Assembly (NCBI GenBank): GCA_010015585.1
Contig: ML975183.1
Source of the DNA: Eremomyces bilateralis CBS 781.70
Lineage: Eukaryota
Direction: 5' to 3' (one strand)
DNA: 64,000 nt
Each line of letters starts with the position of its first letter. The stretch's first letter is position 1. The notes beneath the pieces were generated by a model. That model saw nothing but the letters and a program-made list of their open reading frames with translations. It did no database searches and was not told the origin of the DNA. A program made the translations under genes and the position numbers. This document shows positions 61,775-64,000 of this stretch, in pieces.

Positions 61775-62114
61775 CAAGAGAAATGTACCGAGCTTAACAA
61801 TGATGCAGAATGAGATGTTGAGGCAATTTATGCAGAGCGAAGACTTTGAACTACGGTAGTAGCTCCATACAGAATCATGAACTGAGGTTTGTGAAATGCG
61901 GTCGAACTGTGTTTATGTTTATCCTATTTGGGTTTAGCCGATAGCTACCTATCCCTGTCACTAGAGCAGAATCCTAACGTCATCTGGTTAAAGCAAGTTG
62001 GAATCTCTTGTTCGACTTTGCACTGAGGGTGGTCCTATCATGTCTATGTAATTCTCTATATCACATATCGAAGCATTATACAGACGTCAAGTTTACAAGC
62101 GATATCTCAAAATA

Positions 62115-62666
62115 ATGGCGACGGCTCTCTTAATGGTCGACATGCAGAATGCCTTCCTCGACATGACCAAAGTAGCGCTTCCGAACATCGTCAAACTCTC
62201 ACAGCACTTCTCTTCCAATTCCTGGCCACGTATCTTCACTCAACATGGGCACACTCGAGAAGAACTCACACCTCCGTTCAAGAACCAGTTGGTTAGAAAA
62301 TGGGGTCCGGATGGATCAATTGCGAAAGGGAGTCTGAGCTGGGAATTCATCCCAGATATCAAACAGCTCATCACGTCCGACAGTCCAATTATTCCTAAGA
62401 ACACATACGATGCCTTCCTAGGTACGGATCTCGAGAAGCGTCTGCATGACTTGGGCGTCAAAAGGCTGGTTGTCTGTGGAGTCATGACCGACTGTTGTTG
62501 TGATACCACTGCACGGGGTGCCTTCAATCGTGGTTTCGAGACATGGTTGGTGAGCGATGCAACTGGTACGGCGAACAAGATTCAGCATGAGCGTGGATTA
62601 AATGCATTTGGTTTCGCTTATGGCGATGTGATCACTACAGACGAGGTGTTGAAGAGGCTGAAGTGA
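62115..62666 (+). CDS. Isochorismatase-family cysteine hydrolase, intronless
   Basis: ALLMVDMQN, PKNTYDAF..TDL, CGVMTDCCCDTTAR (D-K-C triad), VSDAT. Confidence 0.9.
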   Translation: MATALLMVDMQNAFLDMTKVALPNIVKLSQHFSSNSWPRIFTQHGHTREELTPPFKNQLVRKWGPDGSIAKGSLSWEFIPDIKQLITSDSPIIPKNTYDAFLGTDLEKRLHDLGVKRLVVCGVMTDCCCDTTARGAFNRGFETWLVSDATGTANKIQHERGLNAFGFAYGDVITTDEVLKRLK

Positions 62667-62911
62667 AGGACCGGAAGTCAACCGTGGCGTCCCAAACAAG
62701 AAAACTGGAGTATTGCTTCAAATGGATATGACTGACGCGAAAATACGACCTTCCATGGAAGCAGAACATTGATAGCAAGGTAGAATACTGTCTTTAACGC
62801 CTCCATCTACTTGTACTGCAAGATGGACAGGTAATATATGAAGACATACGAACTCTTACAAACAATAGGGTACAAAGTACTCCAGATCTCCAACTCCAAA
62901 GTCCAACTCGC

Positions 62912-63727
62912 TCACGACGTGCCGAAAGTCTGGCCTCCCTCTTTAAGCCATCTCTCCTCTTCTTCAGTGGATTCCCGGCCCATTACCTTGTTTCGGTAGG
63001 GATATCTGCCAAACTGCTCCAAGATGACCCGATGCTTCTCTTCAAATTCTTCGCCCATTTTCATGAATTTCATGGCTTCGTTGTCTCCAGCCTCATCGAT
63101 ATCCGACGCCATCTCCGAGTTTAACTTGGTAAAAATATCATGGTCCTCGAGGTGTTCCGAATGCATGAGCGGCATGCAAAACCACCATCGATATGCGGTT
63201 GATTGTCGGAAGCGTGGATGGAGATCTGGACGTGGTTGCATCTGGAGGATGGCACGGCAAAGGGAACGGGAAAGAATATCGTAGTGGCCATAAATCAGCC
63301 TTTGGTCTTTGCGATAGATGTTTCGGGGATATTGGTCCAGCAGCAACAAGAGACTCAGCGCTGTTTCCGAAGGCGTGATCTGGACTACATCATCGCCCAT
63401 TTGAACTTCTGCCTCTTGTATTTCCGCTATGAAGGGTGCCGATAGAGCCTGTGAGAATGCGATTTCGGTGGCATAATCCGGGACAGCGGGAAAGGTCCAG
63501 TCCCGAATGGATTCGAGCGCTTGGTTGGCAGATGCCCTGCATATTTTATCGAACTGCTCGCGTTCCTCTTGTCCAGCTATACCGAACCATTTTTTCAGGG
63601 AGGACTCCGGTGCAATAGTGGCGGTTGCAGGTATCCCTTCGAACCAGATATCGAATATCTTCCGATACAAGCGAGGCGTAAATAGCGCCTTGTTTAAAGA
63701 GAAAGGCTTTCCGACACTAGCCATCAT
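62912..63727 (-). CDS. DUF924 family protein, intronless
   Basis: KKWF, LLLLDQYPRNIYR, MPLMHSE, HRVILEQFGRYPYRNKVMGRESTEEE. Confidence 0.9.
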   Translation of the reverse strand: MMASVGKPFSLNKALFTPRLYRKIFDIWFEGIPATATIAPESSLKKWFGIAGQEEREQFDKICRASANQALESIRDWTFPAVPDYATEIAFSQALSAPFIAEIQEAEVQMGDDVVQITPSETALSLLLLLDQYPRNIYRKDQRLIYGHYDILSRSLCRAILQMQPRPDLHPRFRQSTAYRWWFCMPLMHSEHLEDHDIFTKLNSEMASDIDEAGDNEAMKFMKMGEEFEEKHRVILEQFGRYPYRNKVMGRESTEEEERWLKEGGQTFGTS

Positions 63728-64000
63728 TTAAGAGCCTGATGGAATGGTCTTTGATATCGAATTTGATATCAATGATTTTAGATTTGACATGGAACTGCTG
63801 GAGTTGTAAAAAGGAGTACTTAGTTGATTAGTTCAATGATCTCCATGTCTGCAGGGTTCCCCATAATATTGAAAACAATCCAACTACATTCCCATTTTCC
63901 CCTAGCCTTTCACTCATCGTCTCCTTTACATTCAACTTGCAAAATCTTCGTTTGTAATGCACACACATACATGGCAAATCGCTGGATCGCCTGGGAAAGG

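Noticed and set aside
62115..63727. Recent horizontal transfer of the intronless isochorismatase and DUF924 genes
   Set aside because: Both families are widespread in fungi, there are no mobile-element signs, and composition is unremarkable; a phylogeny would be needed.
1..64000. Stop-codon readthrough to a peroxisomal signal (TGA CTA context), tRNA or rRNA genes, telomeric repeats
   Set aside because: I checked the stop context of every complete gene and none is TGA CTA; no tRNA T-loop/cloverleaf, rRNA or TTAGGG arrays were seen.

Overview
Gene-dense, intron-containing chromosomal DNA from a filamentous ascomycete (Pezizomycotina-type GT..CTRAY..YAG introns, mostly 45-70 nt). It is not prokaryotic, so most entries in the ORF track are exon fragments or antisense shadows. 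I reconstructed 27 protein-coding genes by hand: a partial SDR, EMG1, a VOC/glyoxalase-fold protein, a Pro-rich orphan, VTS1, a HAD 'Swiss Army Knife' RNA-repair-like protein, SMC4, PIMT, pyruvate decarboxylase, Ecd/SGT1, Pcp1/pericentrin, cytidine deaminase, a TAF3-like BTP protein, TAF7, cystathionine gamma-lyase, RSC1/2, choline sulfatase, BUD20, aconitase, a rhomboid, GAA1, RPN9, NDUFA9, a GCNA-like SprT-HMG protease, an isochorismatase-family hydrolase and DUF924. The SDR and the cytidine deaminase are absent from the ORF track. I recognised no tRNA, rRNA, CRISPR array or intact transposon. The most interesting signals are non-coding. The few over-long introns are either visibly base-paired (choline sulfatase intron 2, PDC intron 2 with a possible productive/nonsense 3' splice-site switch, both EMG1 introns) or filled with a repeat of decoy acceptors (aconitase intron 4). 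Also noted: a motif shared by the two sulfur genes, a textbook CBC:HapX site at aconitase, a probable non-AUG mitochondrial extension of PIMT, and several tandem repeats. All homology calls come from motif recognition by eye; no searches or folding programs were run.
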